From NCBI RefSeq assembly GCF_013365475.1, contig NZ_CP046579.1, forward strand, positions 630,001 to 662,000: a stretch of DNA of 32,000 nt. The letters run 5' to 3'. The DNA comes from Candidatus Saccharimonadota bacterium. Its GTDB lineage: Bacteria > Pseudomonadota > Alphaproteobacteria > Rickettsiales > Anaplasmataceae. A program made the position numbers and the translations under genes. How positions within the stretch are numbered: the first letter of the stretch is position 1; each line of letters opens with the position of its first letter. The notes beneath the pieces were generated by a model. That model made no database searches, was not told where the DNA came from, and saw only the letters and a program-made list of their open reading frames with translations. Positions 1 through 10,182 of the stretch are shown one piece after another.

Positions 1-422
1 GATTTGGTGGTGTAATAGCACTGATCCATGACACGATTTTAACTATTGGTTTTATTAGTTTAACTGGCATTGAGTTTAATACTTCATCAGTTGCAGCTCT
101 TCTTACTGTAATTGGTTATTCGATCAATAATTCAGTAGTCATGTATGACAGAATTCGAGAATTTCAGAAAAACAGTAAAGAGAAAAATATAAGTGAGATA
201 GTAGATGCAAGCATTAATGCTACACTATTCCGTACTGTTTTGACCTCAGCTACAACCTTAATTGCTGTTCTTCCTTTGACATTAATTTGTACAGGGACAG
301 TCAGAGACTTTAGTTTAGTTACATTTTTTGGCATTTTCATTGGCACTTGCTCTGCAATATTTATCTCTGCTCCTATACTGACCTGTAGAACTTTAATAAA
401 AAGGCTTACAGTGCAGTATTAG
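1..422 (+). CDS. secF: Protein-export membrane protein SecF, C-terminal part (5' end outside window)
   Basis: The frame is open from the window edge (phase from nt 3) to TAG at 420-422. The translation (GYSINNSVVMYDRIREF...TSATTLIAVLPL...FFGIFIGTCSAIFISAP) looks like the last TM helices of SecF/SecDF. The ORF-track ATG at 141 is an internal Met. Confidence 0.8.
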   Translation, partial: FGGVIALIHDTILTIGFISLTGIEFNTSSVAALLTVIGYSINNSVVMYDRIREFQKNSKEKNISEIVDASINATLFRTVLTSATTLIAVLPLTLICTGTVRDFSLVTFFGIFIGTCSAIFISAPILTCRTLIKRLTVQY

Positions 423-1022
423 CTTATTATCACTCATAGTTAGTGAAATGAGCGACTACAATTCATCTCAAATAGTAAGTGAAGAAAATCGATTAATGCT
501 TGCATATCATCAACTAAAAATTCCTTATTTTAGCTTAGGTATTTGAACTACTCTAATTTTTACTAGATCCTTTACAGTTTCACATATTTCAAATTTTGAA
601 TATTTTCATAAGGCTCAATCTAATATAAATGTATTTTTTTGTAATAGAAAAACTTTACTGCAATGCTGATAAGCAAAAGCATTGTACTTATATAACAACT
701 ACCTCTAGCTTAGCTATTAAAGCATCCATACTACATGATTCTGTGAATTTAGTGCCATTCATTACTTTAAACCTTTTCTTTAAAATTTGGAGGGTATTTT
801 GAAAAATCTACTTTCGGTATACCATAACCGACAAGCACTACAGTAATAACCAAGCAAGATAAATAGGCCTTTATTGCGTTCATATTTGTAAAATACGAAA
901 TTATTACAATAAATTATAAAGATCTCATTAATAGAGAGTCATCATTAAATAATGAGTATGTCTTATTGTTTTAGTATAATATTTAATATAGACTCTAAGA
1001 AAGTGCATTTAGCTTAAATTTT

Positions 1023-2741
1023 ATGTCAGAAGCAAAAAATCTAATTCTAGCAGCTATCTTTTCCGTATTGATCATAGTATCTTGGCGTATTATTTATGAA
1101 AATTTCCTCAATATAGAACAAAATCACCTATCAACTAAAAGTACCGAATACATAGAATCTCTCAACGACCTTGCTCCTATAATACACCAAAAGCGTTCAG
1201 AAATTATTAATTCTACTCAAAAGCAAAGGGTTAACTTAATTAATAATATGGTCAAAGGGTCACTTTCTTTAAAAGGTGCCAGGTTTGATGATCTAATCCT
1301 AACCAATTATCACATGGAGCTAAACTCTTCCTCTCCACAAGTAGCACTCCTATCACCTGCAGAATCAAAAGATGCATATTTTGCAGAGTTTGGATGGCTT
1401 GATCCAAGCGGTAAAATCAAAATTCCAGATTCTAAAACAGTTTGGCAAACTGATGACACTGAACTAACTAACCAAAAAGAGGTTAATTTATCTTGGGATA
1501 ATAAAAATGGCATCTTATTTAAAACAAAAGTTAGCCTTGATAACAGTTACATGTTTAAAATTGAACAAGTTGTCGAAAACAATACAAATGATAACATAAT
1601 CTTGGTTCCTTACGGTAAAATTAACCGAAAACGCGATAATATTAACGAATCTTATTGGATATCGCATGAAGGAGTATTAGGAACATTTGATAATAAACTA
1701 GAGGAGTGGACGTATAAGGATATTGCTAAGAAGCGTTTTATAAGGGCAAGCACAAGTAAAAAGAATTGGTTTGGTTTTGCTGATAAATATTGGCTTACAG
1801 CCATTATAACTGAGAAGCCTGACAAAATAAATGTCAGCATCAAACATACAAATATTAATGATATTGACAAATTTCAAGCAGATTTTATCAAGTCTTATAA
1901 GAGTATTCTTCCTGGAACAAGCATCTCTAATGTCAATTACTTTTTTGCTGGAGCAAAAAAATTAAGTCTACTTGATTATTACAAGAGCGTCCTCAATATA
2001 TCTTTGTTTGACAAAGCTGTGGATTTTGGCATCCTTTACTTTGTAACTAAGCCAGTATTTTTGCTGCTTGAATATTTCAATATTGTCTTTAAGAATTTTG
2101 GCTTAGCAATATTAGCACTAACCTTGGTAATAAAACTATTGATGCTTCCATTATCTAATAAGTCATATGTTTCAATGTTTAAAATAAAAAATCTACAACC
2201 TGAAATAACTCGCATAAAGGAATTATACAAAAACAATAGTTTAAAACAGCATAAAGAAATAGTTGCACTGTTTAAGAAAAATAATGTAAACCCAATGTCA
2301 AGTATCCTACCTATAACAGTACAATTGCCTGTATTTTTTGCCCTATATAAAGTATTATTTGTTACCATAGAGATGAGGCATGCACCTTTTTACTTATGGA
2401 TCAAAGACCTCTCAGCTCCAGACCCAACAAATATTCTTACATTGTTTGGGTTATTTAACTACAACTTTCCTACTTCTGTAGGAATCTTACCTGCAATTTT
2501 AGGTGTTACTATGGTAATTCAGCAAAGGGTCAGTGAAAAAGACCAAAACAGTAAAGATGACATTCAAATAAACATCATGAAATTTTTACCTTATATTTCC
2601 ATCTTTATTTTTTCTTCTTTTCCTGCAGGTCTAGTGATATATTGGATATTTAGTAATATTATAACTTTAATTCAACAATCTTTGATAAAATTTTTCTTAA
2701 CAAGAAAAGCAGGAATAAATGTCGAAAATATTAATAGTTAA
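1023..2741 (+). CDS. yidC: Membrane protein insertase YidC
   Basis: 572-aa ORF with an N-terminal TM anchor, a large periplasmic domain and a C-terminal Oxa1/YidC core ([22 protein letters not shown]..., [20 protein letters not shown]). Confidence 0.9.
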   Translation: MSEAKNLILAAIFSVLIIVSWRIIYENFLNIEQNHLSTKSTEYIESLNDLAPIIHQKRSEIINSTQKQRVNLINNMVKGSLSLKGARFDDLILTNYHMELNSSSPQVALLSPAESKDAYFAEFGWLDPSGKIKIPDSKTVWQTDDTELTNQKEVNLSWDNKNGILFKTKVSLDNSYMFKIEQVVENNTNDNIILVPYGKINRKRDNINESYWISHEGVLGTFDNKLEEWTYKDIAKKRFIRASTSKKNWFGFADKYWLTAIITEKPDKINVSIKHTNINDIDKFQADFIKSYKSILPGTSISNVNYFFAGAKKLSLLDYYKSVLNISLFDKAVDFGILYFVTKPVFLLLEYFNIVFKNFGLAILALTLVIKLLMLPLSNKSYVSMFKIKNLQPEITRIKELYKNNSLKQHKEIVALFKKNNVNPMSSILPITVQLPVFFALYKVLFVTIEMRHAPFYLWIKDLSAPDPTNILTLFGLFNYNFPTSVGILPAILGVTMVIQQRVSEKDQNSKDDIQINIMKFLPYISIFIFSSFPAGLVIYWIFSNIITLIQQSLIKFFLTRKAGINVENINS

Positions 2742-3147
2742 TTCAGTTTATTATACTGAAATAGCAGATCTTTTGCTCAAGGGTGCAACTGATAAGCTAA
2801 AAGATAGTAATACTAGTTATGATGTAGTTGAAGTTCCTGGTGTATTTGAAATACCAGCTGCAATTCTCTTTACGTTTAAAAATAAACATGTTACCTATGA
2901 AGGTTATTTGGCTCTTGGATGCGTAATTCGTGGAGAAACTGATCACTATCAATACGTTTGTAAAGGAGTAATAGAAGGCTTAAACGAAGTTATTATGCGT
3001 TATACAGTACCTCTTGGCATGGGAGTAATTACTGCTGACAGTAAAGACAAAGCTTTAGCAAGAGCTGACAAAAATAAAAAGGATATAGGTGGTCATGCAG
3101 CCTCAGCTGTTTTATACATGATAGAATTATACAAAAAGTTAAGCTAA
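2719..3147 (+). CDS. ribH: 6,7-dimethyl-8-ribityllumazine synthase
   Basis: 142 aa with lumazine synthase motifs ([33 protein letters not shown]). It overlaps the yidC 3' end by 23 nt and precedes nusB, the conserved ribH-nusB pair. Confidence 0.88.
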   Translation: MSKILIVNSVYYTEIADLLLKGATDKLKDSNTSYDVVEVPGVFEIPAAILFTFKNKHVTYEGYLALGCVIRGETDHYQYVCKGVIEGLNEVIMRYTVPLGMGVITADSKDKALARADKNKKDIGGHAASAVLYMIELYKKLS

Positions 3148-3674
3148 TGGAGGAAGAACCTGCAAAAAAAAAATGGTATATGAAAAGAAGTACAGCGAGA
3201 TTTCTTACTGTACAAGTTGCTTATTCAAATATTTTTATATGCTACGATAAAGTTAACTTCAAGTTAGAAAATTGTGAGCTTAGAAGCCATATAAGTAAGT
3301 TAATAGATATATTTGAATGTAAAGAGTTTGATTATCAATTCCTAGAAGAGTTAACGTATAAAGTTATAAGAGATAGTCAGAAATATGATAAAATAATAGA
3401 ACTGCATTTACACCCAAGTTGGTCTCTTGCACGATTGAACTTGATAAGCTTATCTATTTTGCGTGTTGCAGTATGTGAGTTAGTTAATTATAATACGCCT
3501 GTCCCAGTCGTTATTAATGAATATACTAATATTGCATCTAATTTGCTTAGTAAATCAAGCGAAATTGGTTTCATTAATGGATTATTAGATAAAGCAAAAG
3601 ATGCAGCTAAGCTAAATAGCGTTCTTAATGATTCTCTTCACAATCAAGCATTGAGTAATAAAAGAAAACAGTAA
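3147..3674 (+). CDS. nusB: Transcription antitermination factor NusB
   Basis: 175 aa with a NusB-like helical core ([14 protein letters not shown]..., [19 protein letters not shown]). Its start overlaps the ribH stop (TAATG). An alternative start at Met12 is possible. Confidence 0.8.
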   Translation: MEEEPAKKKWYMKRSTARFLTVQVAYSNIFICYDKVNFKLENCELRSHISKLIDIFECKEFDYQFLEELTYKVIRDSQKYDKIIELHLHPSWSLARLNLISLSILRVAVCELVNYNTPVPVVINEYTNIASNLLSKSSEIGFINGLLDKAKDAAKLNSVLNDSLHNQALSNKRKQ

Positions 3675-3739
3675 AAAGGTCTTTTATCCTCTTTAAGATT
3701 TATGTTAGACTGACAAGAACTATTAATATAGTATAGCAA

Positions 3740-4003
3740 ATGGTAAAAGATGAAAAGTTGAAATCAATCTTTGAAGTAGAAGGCACAGTAACTGCCTTAC
3801 TACCTGCAGCAGAATTTAGAGTGGAATTAGATAATGAACATGAAATTATCTGTCATGTATCAGGAAAAGTGAGAAGAAGTAAAATACGCATCATTATCGG
3901 AGATAGAGTACTAATTGAGATGAGCATTTACGATAGAAATGCAAGAAAAGGTCGAATAACTAGAAGGCTGAAGGCTACAAGTGAAAGAAATATTACTAAG
4001 TAG
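3740..4003 (+). CDS. infA: Translation initiation factor IF-1
   Basis: 87 aa with an S1-like IF-1 fold (EGTVTALLPAAEFRVELDNEHEIICHVSGKVRRSKIRIIIGDRVLIEMSIYD). Confidence 0.93.
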   Translation: MVKDEKLKSIFEVEGTVTALLPAAEFRVELDNEHEIICHVSGKVRRSKIRIIIGDRVLIEMSIYDRNARKGRITRRLKATSERNITK

Positions 4004-4574
4004 TCTTATTCTTGCTTCATCTTCAGAAAAGCGTATAGCTCTACTAAAACAGATAAATATTAAACCAGGTTTAACTATGTCAGCTGATATAGATCAAACA
4101 CCTCTAAAGAAGGAACTTCCAAAAGATTATTCAATTCGTATTGCAAAAAGCAAAGCAGAAAAGATACAAATTTCACATCCAAATTACTTTGTGCTTGGTG
4201 TCGATACAGTTATTGCATGCGGCAGAAGGATATTGCTTAAGGCAGAAACCGTCGAGCAAGCAGGAAAATATATACGCTTGTTGTCTGGAAGAAGACATAG
4301 AGTATACACCAGTGTGTGTTTACTAACTCCCAATAGATTAAAGCAACATATTAGAACTGTAGTTACAATAGTAAAATTTAAACATCTCAGCATACAGGAA
4401 ATAAAATATTACTTAGCATCAGAAGAGTGGAAAAATAAGGTAGGAGGATACAATGTGCAAGGACTTGCTGAAATGTTCGTATTGTTATTACGTGGGTCAT
4501 ACTCCTCTATCATGGGGTTACCATTGCATGAAACTTATTGCCTGCTAAGTAATTATTTTAACCTTAACTTATAA
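3981..4574 (+). CDS. maf: Maf-like nucleoside triphosphate pyrophosphatase / septum formation protein
   Basis: 197 aa with Maf signatures (LILASSSEKRIALL, GVDTVI, GGYNVQG, GLPL). GTG start overlaps infA by 23 nt. Confidence 0.82.
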   Translation: MKEILLSSLILASSSEKRIALLKQINIKPGLTMSADIDQTPLKKELPKDYSIRIAKSKAEKIQISHPNYFVLGVDTVIACGRRILLKAETVEQAGKYIRLLSGRRHRVYTSVCLLTPNRLKQHIRTVVTIVKFKHLSIQEIKYYLASEEWKNKVGGYNVQGLAEMFVLLLRGSYSSIMGLPLHETYCLLSNYFNLNL

Positions 4575-4628
4575 ATACGTCTTTATTTTTATTCTTATAT
4601 CTGTTCTATACCATTAGACAGTAACTGA

Positions 4629-5975
4629 CTACATTTTATTTGGTGCTAATTTTAAATATCTTCTGCTAATATTAAACACTTCCGGATCTTTAGAAGTTAA
4701 CTTAAGTATAGCAAGTACATTGATAAATAACAAAGCAGAAATTGAAATATCAGCAATATCCCACAGCAATCGCACCTCACTTATTGCACCAATTGGAATA
4801 ACTAAAGTAAAGATTACAATCCAAATTGTAGTATATTTACTATCTATAAATACATAGTGTATTGTTTGCTTTGAGCAAAAAAACCAAGTAAAAATAGTAG
4901 TAAAAGCAAAACAAAACATTATAGCTATAATTACGTAGTCAATATAAGACCAACTCACAGCCTTTCTAAAAGCAAATATACATATGTTAGTACTCTCTAA
5001 ATCAGTGACCCAAGAATCTGTAACAAGCAGCACCATTGCTGTAATGAATACTATAAATGCAATTATAAAAGGTGATATTATTGTAATTAGACTTTGCTCA
5101 ACGATAAATTTATTATTATCCTTCTTAGGAAGGATTGAGGAATGTACGATACCTTCAAGACCAAGACCTATATCTGTTGCAAAAATAGCACGTAAAGTTC
5201 CGACTTGAATGATAGTTAACATTTCTAAAATTAAGCCTAGAGATAAACCAGAGTTAAAACTGCTAATTGTAAAGAAACTTCTTATTATTAATTTTAGAGA
5301 AGGGAGAACATTTTCACTAAATTTAAATAATACAATGCTGCAAAGCGCAAGATAACTCACTGTCATCATCGGTATCACAGCTGATATGAAAATTTTAATC
5401 TTTTCAAAACTGAAGGCAGAAACAATAAAAAATATTATAGCCATTATAATCCCACCAACAATCATAGGCACATTTACCATGCCAAGTGGTATAGATAAAG
5501 AATTCACCTGAACAAGATTACCAACAGTTACAGAAGCTATTATCATAATAACTGTAAACATAACTATAGCGTTTTTAGAACTAAATGCACGAGCTATATA
5601 AGCTATAGGACCACCTACAAACCTTCCATTTTTTTCTTTTCTGGTCTTTATACTTAGATAACAACTAACATATTTTATTATAGAAGTCACAACAATGATT
5701 ATTGCCATCCATAAAATGGAACCTGGTCCACCAGTTTTTAGAGCAACAGCAGTTCCTGAAATATTTCCTACTCCTAAGTTTCCACCTAAAATTGTAAATA
5801 GAGCAGCTATAGAAGAGAATTTATTATCACCACTTCTAGCTCCAATAAGCGAAAGCGCATATGGCAACCTAAACAGTTGCAACCACGCTAGTCTCACTGA
5901 CAGATAAATACCAGTGATTAATATGAGAGATATTGTTAGCAGTAATAAAACAAATTTTACTGTACTCACCTGCAA
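4629..5975 (-). CDS. Sodium:alanine (AGCS family) symporter
   Basis: 448-aa polytopic membrane protein with the AGCS signature region (SSIAALFTILGGNLGVGNISGTAVALKTGGPGSILWM). The start codon is TTG in the ORF track, so the exact start is uncertain. Confidence 0.8.
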   Translation of the reverse strand: MQVSTVKFVLLLLTISLILITGIYLSVRLAWLQLFRLPYALSLIGARSGDNKFSSIAALFTILGGNLGVGNISGTAVALKTGGPGSILWMAIIIVVTSIIKYVSCYLSIKTRKEKNGRFVGGPIAYIARAFSSKNAIVMFTVIMIIASVTVGNLVQVNSLSIPLGMVNVPMIVGGIIMAIIFFIVSAFSFEKIKIFISAVIPMMTVSYLALCSIVLFKFSENVLPSLKLIIRSFFTISSFNSGLSLGLILEMLTIIQVGTLRAIFATDIGLGLEGIVHSSILPKKDNNKFIVEQSLITIISPFIIAFIVFITAMVLLVTDSWVTDLESTNICIFAFRKAVSWSYIDYVIIAIMFCFAFTTIFTWFFCSKQTIHYVFIDSKYTTIWIVIFTLVIPIGAISEVRLLWDIADISISALLFINVLAILKLTSKDPEVFNISRRYLKLAPNKM

Positions 5976-6190
5976 GCCAAAATAAGAACTCTGATTTGAG
6001 TGTACAAATAAAAATTAAAAATGCCTAAGCCTATTTTCTGTAAAATTTATATAACTAATAAGATTAGCTCTATTAACTTAGCTTAATTGTAGCCAGAAAT
6101 AAGCATTTATATCCTGTTAGGATAGGAAGGAGTAGAGTTTTAGATGATCAAGAGAGCTACTTCTAATTTTGTGAAAGTTCCAGTTAAAAG

Positions 6191-7069
6191 TTAGGCTTTA
6201 TTAGCAAAATAGAAAGTAATGCCAGCTTCTATACCATGCATAGTAAACAATCCATTGCTTGTGCTTATATCTTCCTGTTTTTTCACTCCTATCAGGAGAG
6301 CACCTTTAACACTATTGTCAAGCATCAATCTTTCTCCTGAAATATCTGGTTTTACTTCTCCTAACAAATCTGCTTTTAGTTTATGTTTCTTACTAAGAGT
6401 ACCAAAGTATCTATATCCAACACAAAGATTCATATCTTTGATTATGTGATAACAAAAGCCAGTTTTTAATTGATATGCAGGTCCTATTGATATTTCACGA
6501 AACATCTTCATTTTTGTTAAACCGACCCCAGCATCAATATAATGGAATAAAGGGGAATTATCACTTTTCAAGCAAAAACAAGCATTTACCATTACTGATA
6601 TGTTCCCAATTTGGTCATTATCAACAACTTTAGTAGCATACATATAAGTTTTTCTTTCTAGACCTTTCCCAATTCCCTTAAAGTATAATATACTCATCCT
6701 ATTACTCTTTAAGCCAACATTTTCTATCTTTATAGAAGAAAACACTCCTTCCAATTCAGCTCCATACCTACTATTACCAAAATTTCTTTCATAACCAAAC
6801 ACTATACTACCAGCAAAAGGTAGGTTATAGTCTACTTTGTACTCACTTGATTTTTGATCCCTTATCTTGTCGAAAATATACATCTTATTTATAGTCATAT
6901 TTTCCTTGGAATCATTTCCTATTTTTCTCACTTTCAGTAAATCCACATTATTAAAAAGTTGACTATAGTATCTACTACTAAAGTAGAATCCTTCTGCTTT
7001 ACCACAAAAAGATTGTCGCGACAATAGTAAAACAAATACTACAACAACCAATGTTCTTTTGTTACTCAC
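6191..7069 (-). CDS. wspB: WSP-family outer membrane protein (wspB-like) downstream of virD4
   Basis: Signal peptide (KRTLVVVVFVLLLSRQSFC), alternating beta-strand pattern and an aromatic C-terminal strand (GIEAGITFYF) as in the WSP/Msp4 surface-antigen family. It occupies the position occupied by wspB in Wolbachia. The ORF track starts at GTG 7075, but AAGGAG lies directly against that codon. The GTG at 7069 has a 5-nt spacer and is preferred. Confidence 0.65.
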   Translation of the reverse strand: MSNKRTLVVVVFVLLLSRQSFCGKAEGFYFSSRYYSQLFNNVDLLKVRKIGNDSKENMTINKMYIFDKIRDQKSSEYKVDYNLPFAGSIVFGYERNFGNSRYGAELEGVFSSIKIENVGLKSNRMSILYFKGIGKGLERKTYMYATKVVDNDQIGNISVMVNACFCLKSDNSPLFHYIDAGVGLTKMKMFREISIGPAYQLKTGFCYHIIKDMNLCVGYRYFGTLSKKHKLKADLLGEVKPDISGERLMLDNSVKGALLIGVKKQEDISTSNGLFTMHGIEAGITFYFANKA

Positions 7070-7230
7070 TATCACTCCTTCTTAAAACAGCTAATCTAGT
7101 ACTTATTGATTAAAAATAACTTAACGTAAAAACTTGATGTAATTTACTCTCTTAGTTGGGGAATAAGCAAAATTGACTACTTTCTGTTGTTTTTCAGCTT
7201 TTAGTGAATACTTGCATCAAAACTGTTCTC

Positions 7231-9162
7231 TTAGTCATCAAATTTGATATCATCCTTTTCTTTTTCAAATTCATCATCAAGTGCATCATCTATATCTTCA
7301 TCATCAAGTTCATCATCAAACTCGGATTCACCAGTTGTATCCTTAGCTTGAGCTTCAATAGGGTAATCATCATTAAGTTCTTCAATGGCATTACTCTCTT
7401 CATTATTGACTCTATTATTGCTAGCAGCGGAAAAAATTCTATTTGGGTCATATGGTTCTTGTGTAGGTACATGAGTTGGCTTAAGTAGTTTCCTTGTAAA
7501 TGCACTGTCACTATAATATAAAACTTTCTTTGATTTAATCGGATAAGTCGACTCTATTAAGATTATCTGCTCATCACGCGGCAGCATAATAATCTCTTGA
7601 GGCAATAGCAATGCCCTCTGTGTTTCAGAGATATGCAATGATCTCGAAGCAGGGTTCAAATCTAAAAACTTAGGCTTATTTAACGACTCCTGCTGTACAG
7701 TCTTATTTCCTATAAGTTGGGATATTAAATTAGCTGTTTCAATATTATTAGCTGCAAAAGTTATTCTATAAGTCGAGTTAGATAAGAAGGAATTCATTCC
7801 TGCTTCTTCGTATATTCCTTTAAGCTGCTCGGTATCTTGAACAATTAAAAACAATCTAACTCTATAGCCACGAAAATATGCAATACCAGTTTGAAACTGC
7901 TCCATTTTCCCAAGTGTTGGAAACTCATCCATTAAAAATAATACACCATAAGGCTCATCATCCAAAGGTAATTTTCTGCATAAAAACTCAGTTGCTTGCT
8001 GATAAAAAACTTGCATTAAAGGTCTTAACCTATTCAAGTTATCTGGAGTTAAACCAACATAAACAGTAACTTTTTTTTTCTTAAAGTCCAAAATATTAAA
8101 GTCACTTGTTGCAGTTGCAGTATCAATCAATGGATTCGCCCATAGTTCAAGAGATGAATTCATAGTTGAAATAACACCAGACCTCTCTTTGTCAGCTTTT
8201 TGTAAAAAGGCTGCAATATTCATATATGCCACAGGATGTATAATCTTACCTACTGTATCTAAAATAACAGCAAGATTATAAATTACATCATCACTACGCA
8301 TAGTACGTACAACTTCACCAAAAGATTTCACTTTCCCTGGTGTAGCAAGCAAGTACAATACTACTCCAACAAATAAGCTTCTTGCTTCATTCTGCCAAAA
8401 ATCCTGTTCAGGCATAATCAAGTTTGCTATTTTTTGTACATCATCAACCATCTGTCCAGGTTTCTCGCTAATCCACTCCAATGGATTATAACAGTGGCTG
8501 ATCCCATCTGGTTGTGCTGGATTCCATACATATACTTCTTGCCCTTGACGTTCACGCCAACCACTTGTTATCTCATAATTTTCTAATTTTATATCATGTA
8601 CAATTACTGAATCAGACCAGAACAATAAATTAGGAATTACAAAGCCAACACCTTTGCCAGAACCTGTAGGTGCAAATAACAATGTATGTTGATACCCATC
8701 AGCAATAAAGTAGCCCCTCTTATCCTTACCAAGTAATAACCCCTTCTTGCTTCTTAAGCCTGCTTTCCGTATATCTTTTTCTGATGCCCACTTTGAATCC
8801 CCATGAAGGGATTCTTTTTTTTTAAATGGTCGCCATTCAATTATTCTCTCTCTTAAATTCCACAAAACAATCACTAAAACAATGATAGGAAGTACAGAAG
8901 ATACAATTAATTTAAATGTGAGCCCAGAGTTGTACAACTCTGGATGATGCCAACAATATTGTATATGATCAAAAATCGTTGGCCAGAGAGCTTGAGGAAA
9001 AGGAGTTAAGCTAGGGTTAATTGTTTTAAAATCTACACCATCTGGACCATCAACAAATAGATAAAATAATATCCCAGACAAATAGAAGCAAAACTCCAGT
9101 ATGCTGAAAATTATAACACCACCTACCAAAATATTTCTTATATGATTACCGCTATGATTCAT
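7231..9162 (-). CDS. virD4: Type IV secretion coupling protein VirD4
   Basis: 643 aa with N-terminal TM helices, Walker A (FAPTGSGKGVGFVIPN) and the TraG/VirD4 core (LFLMDEFPTLGKM). Ends in a long acidic tail. Confidence 0.93.
   Translation of the reverse strand: MNHSGNHIRNILVGGVIIFSILEFCFYLSGILFYLFVDGPDGVDFKTINPSLTPFPQALWPTIFDHIQYCWHHPELYNSGLTFKLIVSSVLPIIVLVIVLWNLRERIIEWRPFKKKESLHGDSKWASEKDIRKAGLRSKKGLLLGKDKRGYFIADGYQHTLLFAPTGSGKGVGFVIPNLLFWSDSVIVHDIKLENYEITSGWRERQGQEVYVWNPAQPDGISHCYNPLEWISEKPGQMVDDVQKIANLIMPEQDFWQNEARSLFVGVVLYLLATPGKVKSFGEVVRTMRSDDVIYNLAVILDTVGKIIHPVAYMNIAAFLQKADKERSGVISTMNSSLELWANPLIDTATATSDFNILDFKKKKVTVYVGLTPDNLNRLRPLMQVFYQQATEFLCRKLPLDDEPYGVLFLMDEFPTLGKMEQFQTGIAYFRGYRVRLFLIVQDTEQLKGIYEEAGMNSFLSNSTYRITFAANNIETANLISQLIGNKTVQQESLNKPKFLDLNPASRSLHISETQRALLLPQEIIMLPRDEQIILIESTYPIKSKKVLYYSDSAFTRKLLKPTHVPTQEPYDPNRIFSAASNNRVNNEESNAIEELNDDYPIEAQAKDTTGESEFDDELDDEDIDDALDDEFEKEKDDIKFDD
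7270..7320 (-). repeat. Short in-frame direct repeats encoding the acidic VirD4 tail
   Basis: TTCATCATCAAG at 7270-7281 and 7297-7308, with a near copy TTCATCATCAAA at 7309-7320 (plus-strand reading). They encode reiterated acidic L/F-D-D-E-type units. Confidence 0.7.
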
Positions 9163-9197
9163 AAATTGCTTCCCTTATCTCATATAAATTTATGAAC

Positions 9198-10181
9198 TCA
9201 GTCTAAAGACCTAGTAAATAGTATTTTAGAAATACTTCTTTTCCCACTACTAGTCTTTTTTAATTGGATGACAATATCAATTACGTTTTTAATATACCGC
9301 ATAATTTGATCTGGAGACATACCAAGGTTTGCTTGCATAACCATCAATTTTATTTGTTCAAGAGCCATTACAGGGCTATCTGCGTGAAGAGTTGATATTG
9401 ACCCTGGGTGACCAGTGTTTATTGCTCTAAGAAAACTAAAAGCTTCCACTCCACGTAGTTCACCAACTATTATTCTATCCGGCCTTAAACGTAAGCATGC
9501 TTCTATCAAATCCTGAGTAGTCACTTTTGACCTACCCTGTCCTCCTTTAGAGGAAATAAGATGTACTCTGTTAAGATGGTCATTCAAAATGATCTCTCTT
9601 GCATCTTCAACCGTAATAATTCTTTCTTCAACTGGGATAGCACGTAAAGTAGCATTAGTAAAAGTAGTCTTGCCAGTAGAAGTTCCACCACTAATTATGA
9701 TATTTTTCTTATTTACTACAGCATATTCTAAAAATTCCTTTATTCTTTTTTGCTTTAATAGTGAATCTAGGTGACGATTTACTGAGTTATCAGGTACTTC
9801 TATAGCAATCTCAGAAAAAGCCCCCATCTTCTCATAATCATCCAACACTAATTGCATAGTCGAAGGTTTACGAATTGACATAATTACTTTATCAGGCTCA
9901 CATGCTGGAGGGAATACTATCTGTATACGATAACCATTTGGCAATGTAGCTGAAAGCAGTGGTTCTTCTTCACTTAGCTTTTGCTCTGTAGCTTGAGCAA
10001 TTAACCTGCCAAGTGACTTTAAATGGTTAAGATCAAATACTTCCAATTTTTCACATCTTATTTCACCGCGATTTTCAATCCATATCTCCTTTGGTTTATT
10101 TATCGATATCTCATTCACACCTTCTTCCTGAAAGATGTCTTGTAAAGGCTCTAAATATGTATCAAGTGCAGCATAGTTCAT
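9198..10181 (-). CDS. virB11: Type IV secretion ATPase VirB11
   Basis: 327 aa with Walker A (SGGTSTGKTT) and the VirB11/GspE His and Asp boxes (RPDRIIVGELRG, NTGHPGSISTLHA). Confidence 0.93.
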   Translation of the reverse strand: MNYAALDTYLEPLQDIFQEEGVNEISINKPKEIWIENRGEIRCEKLEVFDLNHLKSLGRLIAQATEQKLSEEEPLLSATLPNGYRIQIVFPPACEPDKVIMSIRKPSTMQLVLDDYEKMGAFSEIAIEVPDNSVNRHLDSLLKQKRIKEFLEYAVVNKKNIIISGGTSTGKTTFTNATLRAIPVEERIITVEDAREIILNDHLNRVHLISSKGGQGRSKVTTQDLIEACLRLRPDRIIVGELRGVEAFSFLRAINTGHPGSISTLHADSPVMALEQIKLMVMQANLGMSPDQIMRYIKNVIDIVIQLKKTSSGKRSISKILFTRSLD

Positions 10182-10182
10182 T

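Noticed and set aside
900-1022. Sigma-70 promoter calls, for example TATAAT at 975-980 upstream of yidC and TTGACT/TATTTAAAT upstream of wsp
   Set aside because: TATAAT-like hexamers are abundant in this AT-rich sequence and the matching -35 elements are poor, so a call would not be reliable without transcription start site data.
6110-6124. Hairpin TATCCT-GTT-AGGATA downstream of the wspB-like gene
   Set aside because: 6-bp stem, 3-nt loop and no following U-tract on the transcribed strand. This is too weak to call a terminator.
7204-7488. 94-aa plus-strand ORF rich in I/F/K
   Set aside because: It is the antisense shadow of the acidic GAT/GAA-rich VirD4 tail. It is low-complexity, lies entirely inside virD4 and has no independent signals.
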